In this document: one piece after another, positions 12,908-24,561 of the stretch
Position numbering within the stretch: the stretch's first letter is position 1
Layout: each line of letters begins with the position of its first letter
Origin: Anthoceros angustus
Lineage: Eukaryota; Plantae; Anthocerotophyta
Reading direction: 5' to 3'
DNA: 64,000 bases
NCBI GenBank assembly: GCA_010909165.1
Contig: VJWM01000227.1
Coordinates: forward strand, 62,001 to 126,000
The notes under the pieces: generated by a model
Told to the model about the DNA's origin: nothing
The model's input: the letters and a program-made list of their open reading frames with translations, nothing else
Databases searched by the model: none
Translations under genes and position numbers: made by a program

Positions 12908-14110
12908 ATGGGGATCGTGGAGAAAATCAAGGAGATCGAGGCCGAGATGGCCCGGACTCAGAAGAACAAGGCCACGGAGTACCACTTGGGGCAGCTCAAG
13001 GCTAAGATTGCCAAGCTGAGGACCCAGCTGCTGGAGCCGCCGAAAGGATCGACTGGAGCGGGGGATGGTTTCGAGGTGACTAAATTCGGGCATGGTCGGG
13101 TTGCGCTGATAGGGTTTCCTAGTGTGGGGAAGTCCACATTGCTGACCCTTCTTACGGGCACGCAGTCCGAAACAGCAGCGTATGAGTTCACAACCCTGAC
13201 ATGTATTCCCGGGATTATACATTACAACGATGCCAAGATACAACTTCTTGATCTGCCGGGTATTATTGAAGGAGCTTCGGAGGGGAAAGGTCGTGGACGG
13301 CAGGTTATCGCAGTGGCCAAGTCCTCTGATTTGGTTCTGATGGTTTTAGATGCTTCCAAGAGTGAGGGTCATAGGCAGATTCTGACCAGAGAGTTGGAAG
13401 CTGTGGGGTTGCGGCTTAATAAAAGTCCTCCTCAGATTTATTTCAAGAGGAAGAAGACAGGGGGCATTTCCTTCAACACCACAGCGGCCCTCACCCATGT
13501 AGATGAGAAGCTGTGCTATCAGATTCTGCACGAGTACAAGATCCACAATGCTGAGGTGCTGTTCAGGGAGGACGCCACAGTCGATGACCTGATTGATGTT
13601 ATTGAGGGAAACCGGAAGTACATCAAATGTGTGTACGTCTACAACAAGATTGATGTTGTGGGGATTGACGATGTTGACAGATTAGCCCGCCAGCCCAACT
13701 CCATCGTTATCAGCTGCAATCTCCAGCTGAACCTAGATAGACTATTGGCCAAGATGTGGGACGAGATGGGCCTTGTACGTGTTTACACGAAGCCGCAAGG
13801 TCAGCAACCTGATTTCTCTGAGCCGGTCGTTCTTTCTACTGACAGAGGAGGCTGTTCGGTGGAAGACTTCTGCAACCATATTCATAGGAGTTTACTGAGA
13901 GATGTGAAGTACGTCCTGATCTGGGGGACCAGCTCCAAGCATTACCCTCAACGGTGTGGGACTCAACATGTTCTGCACGACGAAGATGTGGTCCAGATAG
14001 TCAAGAAGAAGGAGAAGGAGGAGGACGGTGGAAGGGGAAGATTCAAGTCCCACACTACAGGCCCTGCCAGGATCTCTGATAGGGAGAAGAAGGCTCCTCT
14101 TAAGACTTAG
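12908..14110 (+). CDS. DRG2: Developmentally regulated GTP-binding protein, DRG2 type, intronless
   Basis: One 400-aa ORF: MGIVEKIKEIEAEMARTQKNKATEYHLGQLKAK, G1 GFPSVGKS, YEFTTLT, DLPG, NKID and a C-terminal TGS domain. Confidence 0.97.
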   Translation: MGIVEKIKEIEAEMARTQKNKATEYHLGQLKAKIAKLRTQLLEPPKGSTGAGDGFEVTKFGHGRVALIGFPSVGKSTLLTLLTGTQSETAAYEFTTLTCIPGIIHYNDAKIQLLDLPGIIEGASEGKGRGRQVIAVAKSSDLVLMVLDASKSEGHRQILTRELEAVGLRLNKSPPQIYFKRKKTGGISFNTTAALTHVDEKLCYQILHEYKIHNAEVLFREDATVDDLIDVIEGNRKYIKCVYVYNKIDVVGIDDVDRLARQPNSIVISCNLQLNLDRLLAKMWDEMGLVRVYTKPQGQQPDFSEPVVLSTDRGGCSVEDFCNHIHRSLLRDVKYVLIWGTSSKHYPQRCGTQHVLHDEDVVQIVKKKEKEEDGGRGRFKSHTTGPARISDREKKAPLKT

Positions 14111-14563
14111 CTGTTCTCTTTCAATCGATATGGTAAAATCTACCTCTGCTCTTTCCCTGCCATTGGCCGTGTCTCGCCGCCAAACCTCGTGCCCACCGAT
14201 GTTCATCGACAGTCATGTCAGGTTGCTAACCTCTTATGTGAATGAAGAGCAATCAAAAGTTGCCGGTCTCGCGTCCCTTCGAAACGGAAACGCATTGCAA
14301 GGTCAGACGGCAAGTCAGACCGAATGGAACCGTTCATTTGTTGCAATTCTATTTGTACAAGTTTAATAACTTGATTTGTGGGTATCTAGGTAATAACAGT
14401 ATCGGTTCGAACGGAGAAAGAAACCAGAAGGTTCCAGTGGCAGCAAGTTCTAACCTACACGGAGAGTAGATTCTCGTACAAGCAGTCGTAGAAATTTGCT
14501 TGTGTTGAACGCAGCCCGACGACCGCGAAGTTGCCACGTTTGTCACTTTTCTTGTTTGGGGCG

Positions 14564-15785
14564 ATGGCCGTGAATCCCGAGCTGGAGCCGACTGGCTTGC
14601 CCGTGCCCTTCTACAATGAGTTCTTTCTGCTCACTCGGAGCAAAGTGGAATTCGAAGTCGACAAATTGGCCGAGTGAGCTTCTTTCTGTGCAGCCCTGCT
14701 GTTGTGTTGGGGTAAGGTCTGATCGGGATCTGTCGTTAGCCAAGAGCGTTTTGCTCGTGGACGCAATAATGCTTAGGTTTGGACAGCATGAGCTAATTGG
14801 CGGCAAGCAAATAGTGGTCGAGGGTGGGACGCAGCAGCAGAAGGTTTTTCTGAGTCGCGTTGGTCACCGTGGCTGTCTCTGATCTCTATTTCTTACATCA
14901 CACTCGGAAACTGCAGAGCGCCGGGTGGGAAGCTATCCGAACGGGGGACAGTTTATCTTTCAACCGTTCGCTTGGTTTTTGTGACGGACGTGTATCGTGG
15001 CGGTGCTGTGCGTGCATTTGATGTGCCTCTGGTGAGCTCAGAATCTTTGGGTTTGTCTCAAGAGGGTTTTTGCACATCTTGGTGTTCTGCTGGATTGCAC
15101 TCTGACGTGGTCTGGACTATGTTTGTTGTAGTTGCACATACATGAGGAAAGATTCAATCAGCCTATTTTTTTCTGCAACAACATTACTGGCAAAGTAAAT
15201 CCTGTAAGTTTCTTAACGATGGATCATGGAGGCATACTGTTGCATGTATGGCTTAGCTTATTGTGTTCATGCTGCACTCCAAGGTCTGGAATGGCATGAG
15301 TTGGGTGAGGTGTTGCTTTCTCACGTTGGTTGTTAGAACTTATGTTGAAAGCATGCCTTTTCTGCTCCAGGTTATTCCTGAAGGACAAAATCCAGCACTC
15401 TACTCTCCCCACTCTTTCAAGATCAACTTCAAGGAGGGTGGTGCGGGTACATTCATTCCTGTCTTTTTTAACCTGCTCAAGTCCCTTCGCCAAGCAGCTT
15501 CATCCAGTCCTTCAGCTCCCCCATCAGATCCTATTCCAGCGCAACAACCTGCATATGATGAGATGATAAGACATGCGTAAGAACTTTGCCCCTCCTAGTT
15601 GCCTTGAATTGGATGCACAGCTTATGTTAACTCACACTCTTGGAAGGATTCTGTTACCTGACCATACTGCTGTGCTACGCAGCTGGATAGACCCCAACGA
15701 TCCCACCAGGCTGTACCTGCAACAGCCTCAGGAAATAACCAGGAGGCGACGCAATTACACCACTAGTGGGGAGGACGGATATTAA
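14564..15785 (+). CDS. WBP2/UPF0664-like GRAM (PH-like) domain protein, multi-exon
   Basis: Exons encode MAVNPELEPTGLPVPFYNEFFLLTRSKVEFEVDK, GTVYLSTVRLVFV...AFDVPL, HEERFNQPIFFCNNITGKV, YSPHSFKINFKEGGAGTF and IDPNDPTRLYLQQP. Confidence 0.88.
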
Positions 15786-16319
15786 GGCGTCAATTGTACA
15801 GACTGAAGTGCTTTGTGATTTGATGTCTGCGGCCTAGTTTGCTGTATATACAAGTGGGAGGGAGCAAGAAGCAGGATGCGTCGGTGGGACATGATTTGTG
15901 CAACCCTTCATTGTCTGTAGATAAACGGGTTCTCTGATTGAAAGCTGGAAATGTTGTACTGTATTTGACGAAAATGCACGGTACAGTGCATAACTGATCA
16001 CGGCAAGAAAGTATTGGAAGATTCGTGCTGCTTGTCTGAACCATGTTGAGAACTTTGCATAAGTACTGTACATTAGTATAATCACAGATGAGCAATCTGG
16101 GATGAAGATTACAGCAAGCCAGTCTGCTACAGAGTTCAGGCTAAACCAAGCAGCAGTGGGTGGCACTACCAAGCATTACAGAGCAGCAAGCGATGCGATT
16201 CGCAGCAGGCCGCCATTTTTTCAGGCAAGAGATCGCTTGCTGTAGACAGTGGAGGCTCGTTCCTGGCTTGCTGAAAGCTCCTACCTCCGTCATTGTGAGT
16301 TGTTTGGAGAGATTATCTC

Positions 16320-16835
16320 CTACCTCACCGAGATTGGAAACAGGTTCACCCTGTCCTTATCCAATCCGTCGCGAGCGCGAGACTCGCTGATAGCTTGTAG
16401 TCGGTTCATAAGCTCCCTGTCGGTCTTGTCCAATGTTTTCATGTTGAACGGCTGCGTGGTGCAGGCATAGGGAGTACTGCACTGCATCATCGCGGTGGTG
16501 ACATGCCCGTCGGAGGCTAACCTGAGCATGAGGTTAACATAAGCGTCCCTCATCCTCTTCAACACGGAGATGAGCGGGAGAGCCACATTCTTTCTGCGGA
16601 TGCGCACTCCTCCTCTGACTTTGGCAGTGTCTCCACCAGCAAGCCCGGAAGCCGCCGGCGCAGGCCTCCCGCCCGCTCCCTTGGCGAATCGTGAAACCTT
16701 CACGCGCGGCCTTCTCCTGCGGAAAGAAAACCGGGACCCGCGAGGCGCATCATCCTGGTCCACATACAGCAGCCGGTGATACTGCGGCGTCCTCCGGAGG
16801 ATGCCAATGATCTTGTAGTAGAGATCAACCAGCAT
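16320..16835 (-). CDS. Conserved plant protein of unknown function (basic, with an RDAYVNLML motif)
   Basis: Single ORF with an Arg-rich stretch, LKRMRDAYVNLMLRLAS and a K.LD..D.EL motif matching a recognisable uncharacterised plant family. Confidence 0.65.
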   Translation of the reverse strand: MLVDLYYKIIGILRRTPQYHRLLYVDQDDAPRGSRFSFRRRRPRVKVSRFAKGAGGRPAPAASGLAGGDTAKVRGGVRIRRKNVALPLISVLKRMRDAYVNLMLRLASDGHVTTAMMQCSTPYACTTQPFNMKTLDKTDRELMNRLQAISESRARDGLDKDRVNLFPISVR

Positions 16836-18923
16836 ACCGGGATAGTGAGACCTCCGACGGTATCCGACCTCTCCCATTCTGACCGCTTGTTTGCAAGCAA
16901 GATTTACAACAAGTGCGCTTGCAATTGCAGTTCTGACAGAACAAATCCTTGCTCACACTATGAGCTGGAGCCTGGAGAGGCACGCCTTCTCAATTTCTCC
17001 GACCTTCAGCGAGCTTCTTCTGCACGGACTTCAGCCTAGCACCTGCAGCGAGTACGGAATGGCTCGGATTAAGAGGATTCTCCTCACCACCACAGTCTCG
17101 GGCTCCGCACAGGCGGTGATGCTCACGCTCACGGAGGTTTGAACTGATAAAGCTAGGCCAGGCGAAAGGAGACGAGAAGGCGCTTCTTTACCGAGTTCCG
17201 GGCCAGTGACGCCGCGGTGATAACGAAGGCCTCAGGTATTCGTACAAAGCATGGTATTGCCGCAGTCCATGAATCACAAGCTCCAGCCAACCGAGCAAGA
17301 GACAAGGCAGGGAAAGCGGAGTCGGGATGTGCAAAGTGTGTGTGCGGGTGGGGTTTTCATGAATTGGGAGGTGGCTGCCAGCAACAGCTGCAGGTGCCGC
17401 GGCAGCTACCAAGCGTCTTCTATCTGCCATTCAACAACCTGCTGCAGGCAGGCCTTGCGCCCGGTCCGTTCCAATCTGTAGTCGCCTGCTGGCTGCGAGT
17501 GCGCTCTCGCCACCGTGCGGCCTCCAAGTTCCGACCCCAGCGGCGGGAAGTTGCGTGTACTGACGATCTTGCGGCCAGTTACGGACGCACCTGGCGTCCG
17601 GGTCCACATAGGAAGGACTATAGGTGAGTAACAGATGGTTGTTGAGCCTCCTCCTACAGCCACCAATGATGTAGCTGGCCTCTCCGACTTTTACCCTGTA
17701 TGTACGGTGCGATAACATGTAAAATGTGGAATTGCAAAAAGGGCCAATATCAAACTAGCTTGTTGGTGTGAAATGTCTGGCATTGATGAAGGGTGTACTG
17801 CAGCTTGCTGTAGGCGATGGAGGCCTGCAGACATTACGTAGTTTAGTTGTGCTTGGGAAGTGGACTTGGGCGAGTAGCAGGCCATTTGTCCAGGTGTAGC
17901 ATGATGCATGCAAGGGGTGGTGGGAAAATGACATCCAGCATCCATTGTTGAGGAACTGTCTGTTCTAGCTATGGCGACAGCCATTATGGCATCTGGAGTG
18001 TGGGGTCTGGGGTCCATATCCTCCAGATAAGGACCAAGCTTGTCTTTCCTCGATCATGGCTATGTCATCCACAGTTAGATAACGACTGCAACAAAATCCC
18101 AGCTCTTCATTCTTGCGTTTTCTTGAAGTCCATCTTTGCACCACGTTTGGAGGCCCGCGATCCCTTGAGACTTTTGGCACATAGTTGATCAGTCGTATAG
18201 TTTTATCTTCAGGCAGGTAACAAGGACGTACTTGTGCCGAGAATCCTGAACACATGTGTATATAATATACCCAGAGTATCAGCTGGGTATGTGGTCGGTC
18301 AGAGCAGAAGATGCTCCGTGTCGTCGTCCATGTTCGCATGTGTGATATATATGTCATCTAAATTGATGTAGCTGGGAAGCATTTCCAGTTCCCAAGGACA
18401 AAAGGACGGCAAGCCAGGGTCGAGTCTGTCAATCTCCCTTCACTACAACTTTCTAGGAATTTTGAAACTGACATAGATACAGCTCCAGAAACACTGCTCT
18501 TTCTTGTCTTCCTGCAGATATGAAATGAAATCCTACACGCAAATTCATCCGCCACTCTACTTGCACAAGGCTCCACCAGCTTCTGCCTGCCACCACTTGT
18601 TGTGAGTGACCTGACTCACAACAAGTGACTTTCAGCGGACTGGTGGGCAGCAGTACTAGCCAATGCATTGGGCATCGGAACTTCAGATGTCAAATGTGTT
18701 TCAATTTCAACTGTTGTTTGTCATGTCTCATGCCGAATGCTTTGCTCTTCCTTCAGTCCTGGACAAGAACTTTATAAAGCCGCATATATTTATTACCATA
18801 AGTGTAGACGTAGGTGTGAGATAGTGGTGTAGTACAAAATTAGCGGGCAATACAGCACTTATTTAGGCTATAAGCTTCAGTCTTCCTGTATGTGCTTGCC
18901 CACTCCTGTCGGTGAAATCACGA

Positions 18924-20272
18924 TCAGTGGTGGAAGGGCCGCCGAGCAGCAGGGAGAGGACGAAGGCGAATGAGGCGGTAGACAGCAGCTCCAGCCAGAG
19001 CCCCCAGCACTGGGCCCAGAAGGTACAACCAAATTGCAGTGTAATTGTTGGCAGCAATAGCAGGCCCCAGAGCTCTCACCGGGTTCATGGCTCCTCCTGA
19101 AGTTGGCCTGTGCTGGAGCTTGTTATTGCTACAGCTTAATACATGCTTTGGGAAGCTTGAAATGGTTGCATAGCCGAGGAGGTGAAGCTTACCCTGCTAT
19201 GACGATGTTGACCATCACAGTAGCTCCCACTGCCAAAGCTGCAAGCTCGCCAATCTGAGAGTAAACAGGACAAGTGTGGATGAGAACACTGTACTATCAT
19301 GGACGTTGGTTGCAGGCCTATGTAGTTACTTACAGCACGGGTGTCTGTGGCCACAGATGTAACAACGAACATGAGGTTGAAACTGATGATAAATTCCAGT
19401 ACAAATGACTGCCAGTTTGCTCCTGAGGGAACTGTGACACCGCCAGCTAGATCGGGGTGGAATACGGCTTTCAGGACATAGGATGCACACACTGAGCCAA
19501 GCACCTGTGCCACAATGTAGAGGGGAACCTGCAAGGAGAACCGTTTTTTGGGGCTGTCATCAGCAGCCTGGGCTCGGTTATGTCTCGAACTATGTTGAAG
19601 CAATGAGACCTGGCGTCCTGTGTGCCCTTGGACTTACCTGTAACCAAGGGAAATGGCGCAGAGCTGCAAAGGCCAGGGTTAAGGCAGGGTTGAGATGAGC
19701 TCCGGAAATGTGGCCGGTGGCAAGAATGACTGCCAAGGCTGTCAGGCCCGGGGCCGCCCCCAAGCCCAGCAAAGTCACATCACCTTTTGTCTTCTGGTTC
19801 ACTATTGCCGAGCCCACAGCCATGAACATGAGCAGGAATGTGCCTACGAATTCAGCTCCAAACTGTGTTCCCACAGAATTGTCATCAGTCTAATTAAAAC
19901 GCGGAGAGCAACCTGCAAAGCGATTTATGGTGCTAATTTGTTTCAAGGGTCTCGTAAACATAGGCACACACTGAATAGACAGGCTTGTGCAATGTTCCTC
20001 TATTCCAACAGTCATGGTATATGCAAATGATGTCAGTATTACATGGCCTCACAAACATGGCAACGTACCTTGCAGGCAAAAGATTCAGAGGAAGGGACAG
20101 CGCTGGCATCTTCAGGCACAAGCCCATCTCCACAGGCTTCCACAGGAAAGCATTTGTTAATCGGGACACGCCTGCTGGAAGAAAAACTCCTCTCCACATG
20201 AACTGGTACTGATCCCAACCTGGCGCTGCTGGAAATGACCAGCTCAGATGTGTTCACCTGGATGTCCTCCAT
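18924..20272 (-). CDS. NIP: NIP aquaporin, NIP-II (NIP5/6)-like, NPA/NPV motifs, ar/R filter P-I-G-R, 5 exons
   Basis: AEFVGTFLL, GHISGAHLNPA, VATDTRA/IGELAALAVG, GGAMNPVRALGPA; four introns at conserved NIP positions; NPA spacing 108 aa by manual count. Confidence 0.95.
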
Positions 20273-22143
20273 GGCAGCAAACCAGCTGGTAACTCTTGAA
20301 ATGCACTACACTTGGATAGCCTTCCCAACTCCAGCAATCCGGCAATGATTTTTCTGATTTTTTTGGCAATTTTTCTGGATGAAACTCAAGAGCAAGCTCA
20401 ACAATGAGACTTTACATGATTGGTTCACTTTTGTGAAAGTGCGCTCAAGCAACCTCCAGCTTCCTTTTCTGAAGGAATCTACAAAAGCATTGGGAGACCT
20501 TCGGTTTTTGTTTTTGGGTTTTTCATATGCATCTACAGCTAACAAGCACCTGCCTACACTCAAATGAATTTACATGACGGGAAAGCTTTTCTAAAGGTTT
20601 GATCAAGGAAGCAGCTTGTCCTCCAGCCCCAACTCCTGCTCGCCTCAAACAGTTGGAGAACGTCTACAAACTCAGCACACCGCTAATGACTCGAGACATC
20701 TCTACTATAGAAAACTTGTAAGTAAAGCAACCGTCGCCAACAGATCCCTGGGCCGCAGTCGTGAACCGCATTGATCAGCAACCCGCTCCTTGGAGGCAAC
20801 AAGCTCTGAGGGCAATAGAATAGGGATGGACAGTAGTAAGCAGAGGCGAGATATACATTGAGACACCGCTTTCAAACAAGTTTGTCTGTGAAGCTGATTT
20901 GTGCGTACACTTTGCTGTTGCTGGTGGCACACCGCCCAATGTCGGCAGTGGGATTCATCATAATCGAGAAAAAACAAAGCAGCTTCCAAATCAGCTTTGA
21001 CAGATCGTATTCCCAGCCTCCAGATGTGGTTTTTTGAGGTGGTTACGAGCACACGACCAGTCTCGGGTCCCGCCACACTCAGCAGTCAGAGTGGTGGGGC
21101 ACTGGCTTCCGCGTTGGGAAGGGCGGCCCTTGGTGAATGCCGACTGCGACAGGCCTCGTTTCACACAAGGCTCCCTCGTCATAAAATCTATGGTTAGCGC
21201 GCGAGCTTGAATGGCTGTGGCTATGAACGTACATAGTCTGTTTCCAAATGAGTCATATGACGAAGCCAAAGATGATGAAACCTGCTGAACTTGGTTGGTT
21301 CTGCACTCACTCCCCGAGGGAGGATTCAGGAAGTAAGAAAAGGACAGCTACCAGCATTCCAGTCTAGTGGGCACAAAGAACGAGCAACGTCCTCAGCGAG
21401 CTGAGGTGCTGCTAAGTCATTGGAAGATGGCTTTGTCCAGCCGTATCCTAATATTGCAATGGCTAAAATCATGTCTGCAAGGTGGTATGTACACGACCTT
21501 GGTTGGCGAGCCTTCCTTCTCGTACAATCTGCCTGTGGGCCATAGCAATTGTTTACAAGGACAGGCTCTGGCGGAGCGTCAGCAGAACGTCTGAGTCTCG
21601 TAGGCAACTTGCCTGAAGTGAATTCGCGGGTTTTCCACTGCGAAATTCTGTGGACCTTCAAGAGTATCCCATCAGCAACAGGGTCGGAAGCATGGGACAC
21701 CTGTCTGGAGTTTTGGGGTGCGGTACGATGTTGGTGGTGAGCCTGACGTATCGATGCTGTTGTGGTACTGTACAGAGCCTCTCATCTTTCTTTGGCCATA
21801 GAAAGCTTGGGTACATCGCTGCTCCTTCAGCTCATGTAAAGCTCATGCAGAATGTGTGCAGGCTGTTTTCCCACCCACATAAGTTCCAGCCAGGACAACT
21901 ATTAAACAGGGAAGCATGCAGACAGTGTCAGAAGTCTTGGTGCACTTTGTGGATGTCAATTGCGTATGTAATTCTGGTCGAGAGGTCTGAAATTGGCAGT
22001 GTAATTCTGGACATGCAGTCTGAAATTGGCAGGCTTGTGAATGAAAGGAGAGGAGATAGTGAGCTAGCCTAGCTAACCTGTCGGAGGGCAGTTAGGTCCA
22101 AATTTCAGCACCTGTACGTCTTCATTCGCATAATTCAGCAGCC

Positions 22144-23385
22144 ATGTCTCTCCCAAACGAGAGGGATGTGTCCATCCGGCACCCACTATTGATTATCGAA
22201 GACGACAAGTACAACATCTCCGTAGGAGACGCCGATGACACGAGGCCCGACGTTGAAGAAGCAGCACCCCCCGATTACTGGCACCACTTGCTGCAAAAGG
22301 TAAGGCACTAACTTAGAGCTGTGAGAGTTCTTTCAAAAGCCCTGGAGGCTGTTGCTCACATCGAAAGGTCTAAGCAGACGGTAGCAGAGCTGGTCGGGGC
22401 ATTTCTGCTGCTGGTGTTCTCAGGGGGTTCGGTGTTTGCAAACTATCTGAGTGGAGGAGGAATATCATTCTTGGGCATAGCTCTGGCTTCAGGTGCCACG
22501 GTCATGGCTGTGATTCTCTCTATAGGTCACATTTCAGGGGCTCATCTGAACCCTGCTGTGACCATTGCTTTTGCTGCAGCTCGTCAATTCCCATTGCTTG
22601 AGGTAAGCACGTAGAACTATGCTGCTGGCTGCTCGGATCTCATCTGCAAGAATTTGCTCAGGTAACTGAACCTGGACAATGATATGCTGCAGGTTCCCTT
22701 CTACCTAGCAGGACAGTTCACAGGGTGCATCCTTGCAGCCTTTGTCCTTAACATCATCTTTGGCCCTGCGGCGCCTGCAAGTCTCATAGTGACCAAGCCC
22801 TATGGAAGCAACCTCCAGTCGCTGGTGGCAGAAGCTCTTGCAACCTTCTTCATGATGTTCGTGGCCTCGGCAGTGGCCACTGACGCCCGAGCTGTGCCAC
22901 CCTATACCTGAAAGAACCCCCATGCGTTCTGCTTTATCGTTCTTGCAGTCATTGACGTGATCAATCCATCCTGTCTATGTTCTTCCAGGTCGGTGAGCTT
23001 GGCGCCATCGCTGTAGGAGCAACAGTCTTCCTCAACACTGTGTTTGCAGGGTATGGCATTCTCTTTCCTTTCCTCTTACCATATTGCACTTTGGATTTCA
23101 TAATTCTCTGGAATCAACACTCTCTGTGCTCAATCCAGCGCCATCTCTGGAGCATCTTTGAACCCAGCACGATCCCTGGGCCCTGCTATTGCCACTGGCA
23201 GTTACGGTGGTTTGTGGATTTATTTTTTGGGCCCTGTGGTAGGAGCTTTTCTGGGGACCTTGATGTACAACTTCTTACGAACCCAAGGAGGGGTCTTTCC
23301 GAAGGTGACGCGAATGCCTATTCTGGTGCCAAATGGCTCCAAGGCCGAAAAAGCGTTGGTGAAGCGCATCATTTATGGCAGATAG
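22144..23385 (+). CDS. NIP: NIP aquaporin, NPA/NPA motifs, ar/R filter S-T-A-R, 5 exons
   Basis: TVAELVGAFLL, GIALASGA...GHISGAHLNPA, VPFYLAGQFTG, VGELGAIAVGATVFLNTVFAG, AISGASLNPARSLGPA; conserved intron positions. Confidence 0.95.
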
Positions 23386-23612
23386 AAGACAGTAGCGCTG
23401 TGTCGCCTACCTTCTGTATGTCAAAAATAAGGTCCAAGAAGCCACTGGCAGGCCTTTACCAGAGCGTCAAAAACTCAAACGATCTACTTCCACGAAGATC
23501 TGGATCTGGAGTAACGGAAAACATCTGTCCACATCACACACAGCTCATCATAACATCACCCAGTTTTTGTGAAGCATATTAGTCTACATACATATGTCTA
23601 CAGGCCCTTCCG

Positions 23613-23826
23613 AGAGGGAAGCTGAGAGACAGCAAGTCATGAAAAGAGAGGAAGCTGAGAGACAGCAAGTCATGAAAAGAGAGGGAAGCTGAGAGACAGC
23701 AAGTCATGAAAAGAGAGGGAAGCTGAGAGAGCAAGTCATGAAAAGAGAGGAAGCTGAGAGACAGCAAGTCATGAAAAGAGAGGGAAGCTGAGAGACAGCA
23801 AGTCATGAAAAGAGAGGGAAGCTGAG
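23613..23826. repeat. 33-34-bp minisatellite, about 6 copies
   Basis: gagagggaagctgagagacagcaagtcatgaaaa repeated in tandem. Confidence 0.95.
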
Positions 23827-24561
23827 TGAAAACAGAAGGCTATAAAAGCAGAAAGCGAAAATGACCCACAACCAACATCGTGGTATTCCTGTCAGGATGC
23901 TCCTTGTCGATCATAAAGTCACCTTCCATGTGGACGATTAGTGTGAACCGCGCGTGCGAGTCCCACGTTGCAACTTGCACAGCTATTTGCTCGCCTTGCA
24001 AGTGATGCAAAGCGTCTCTTCATTGAACGGTAAGTGGGAGCAGGTAGAAGGCCTGCGAGAGAGGGACAAGTCCAGTCCAGCCCAGTCCAGCCAAAGTCCT
24101 TCCTTCCCGTGATTCTGCCACCAGCAGTCGACCGGCCAAAAGGGTCCCGGATAGGACAGCTCTCAGAGATTCAGAATTGGAAGTAGAATGCAGTCTAATC
24201 TTTGCTTCCAGCCTCTTCCGCCGGTGCTACGCACATTAAAGCTCCGGGTATGTCAGCAGGACAGAGTAATGCACCGAATTGCAAGTACTCCAGTACGCCG
24301 CTGGCAAGAAGCAGGCTATTTATGAGCCACCATGAAGCAACAAACCACACGCCAGTACTTCAAGACAGTCAGACCAGCAAGGGGAGAGGAGTTGGAAGAA
24401 CACACCCACCTTCCTCCTCTCGCATCGTCCTTTAAACTCCTCCTCCTTGCTGGACGTTTTGGTCCTGTTCGAATTCGAAGCTCGCATTCTCATCAGATGC
24501 AGACATTCTTGGACATCCTACAACTTGTTTGAACCAAGTTACAGGCTAGGCTCTTGCAGGA

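Noticed and set aside
17188-18576. Possible multi-exon gene on the minus strand (for example VRPCYLPEDKTIRLINYVPK)
   Set aside because: No recognisable family or consistent splice model could be built by eye; needs RNA-seq.
23613-23826. CRISPR-like array (also the 30-bp and 36-bp arrays)
   Set aside because: Units are contiguous with no unique spacers, there are no cas genes, and the context is eukaryotic.
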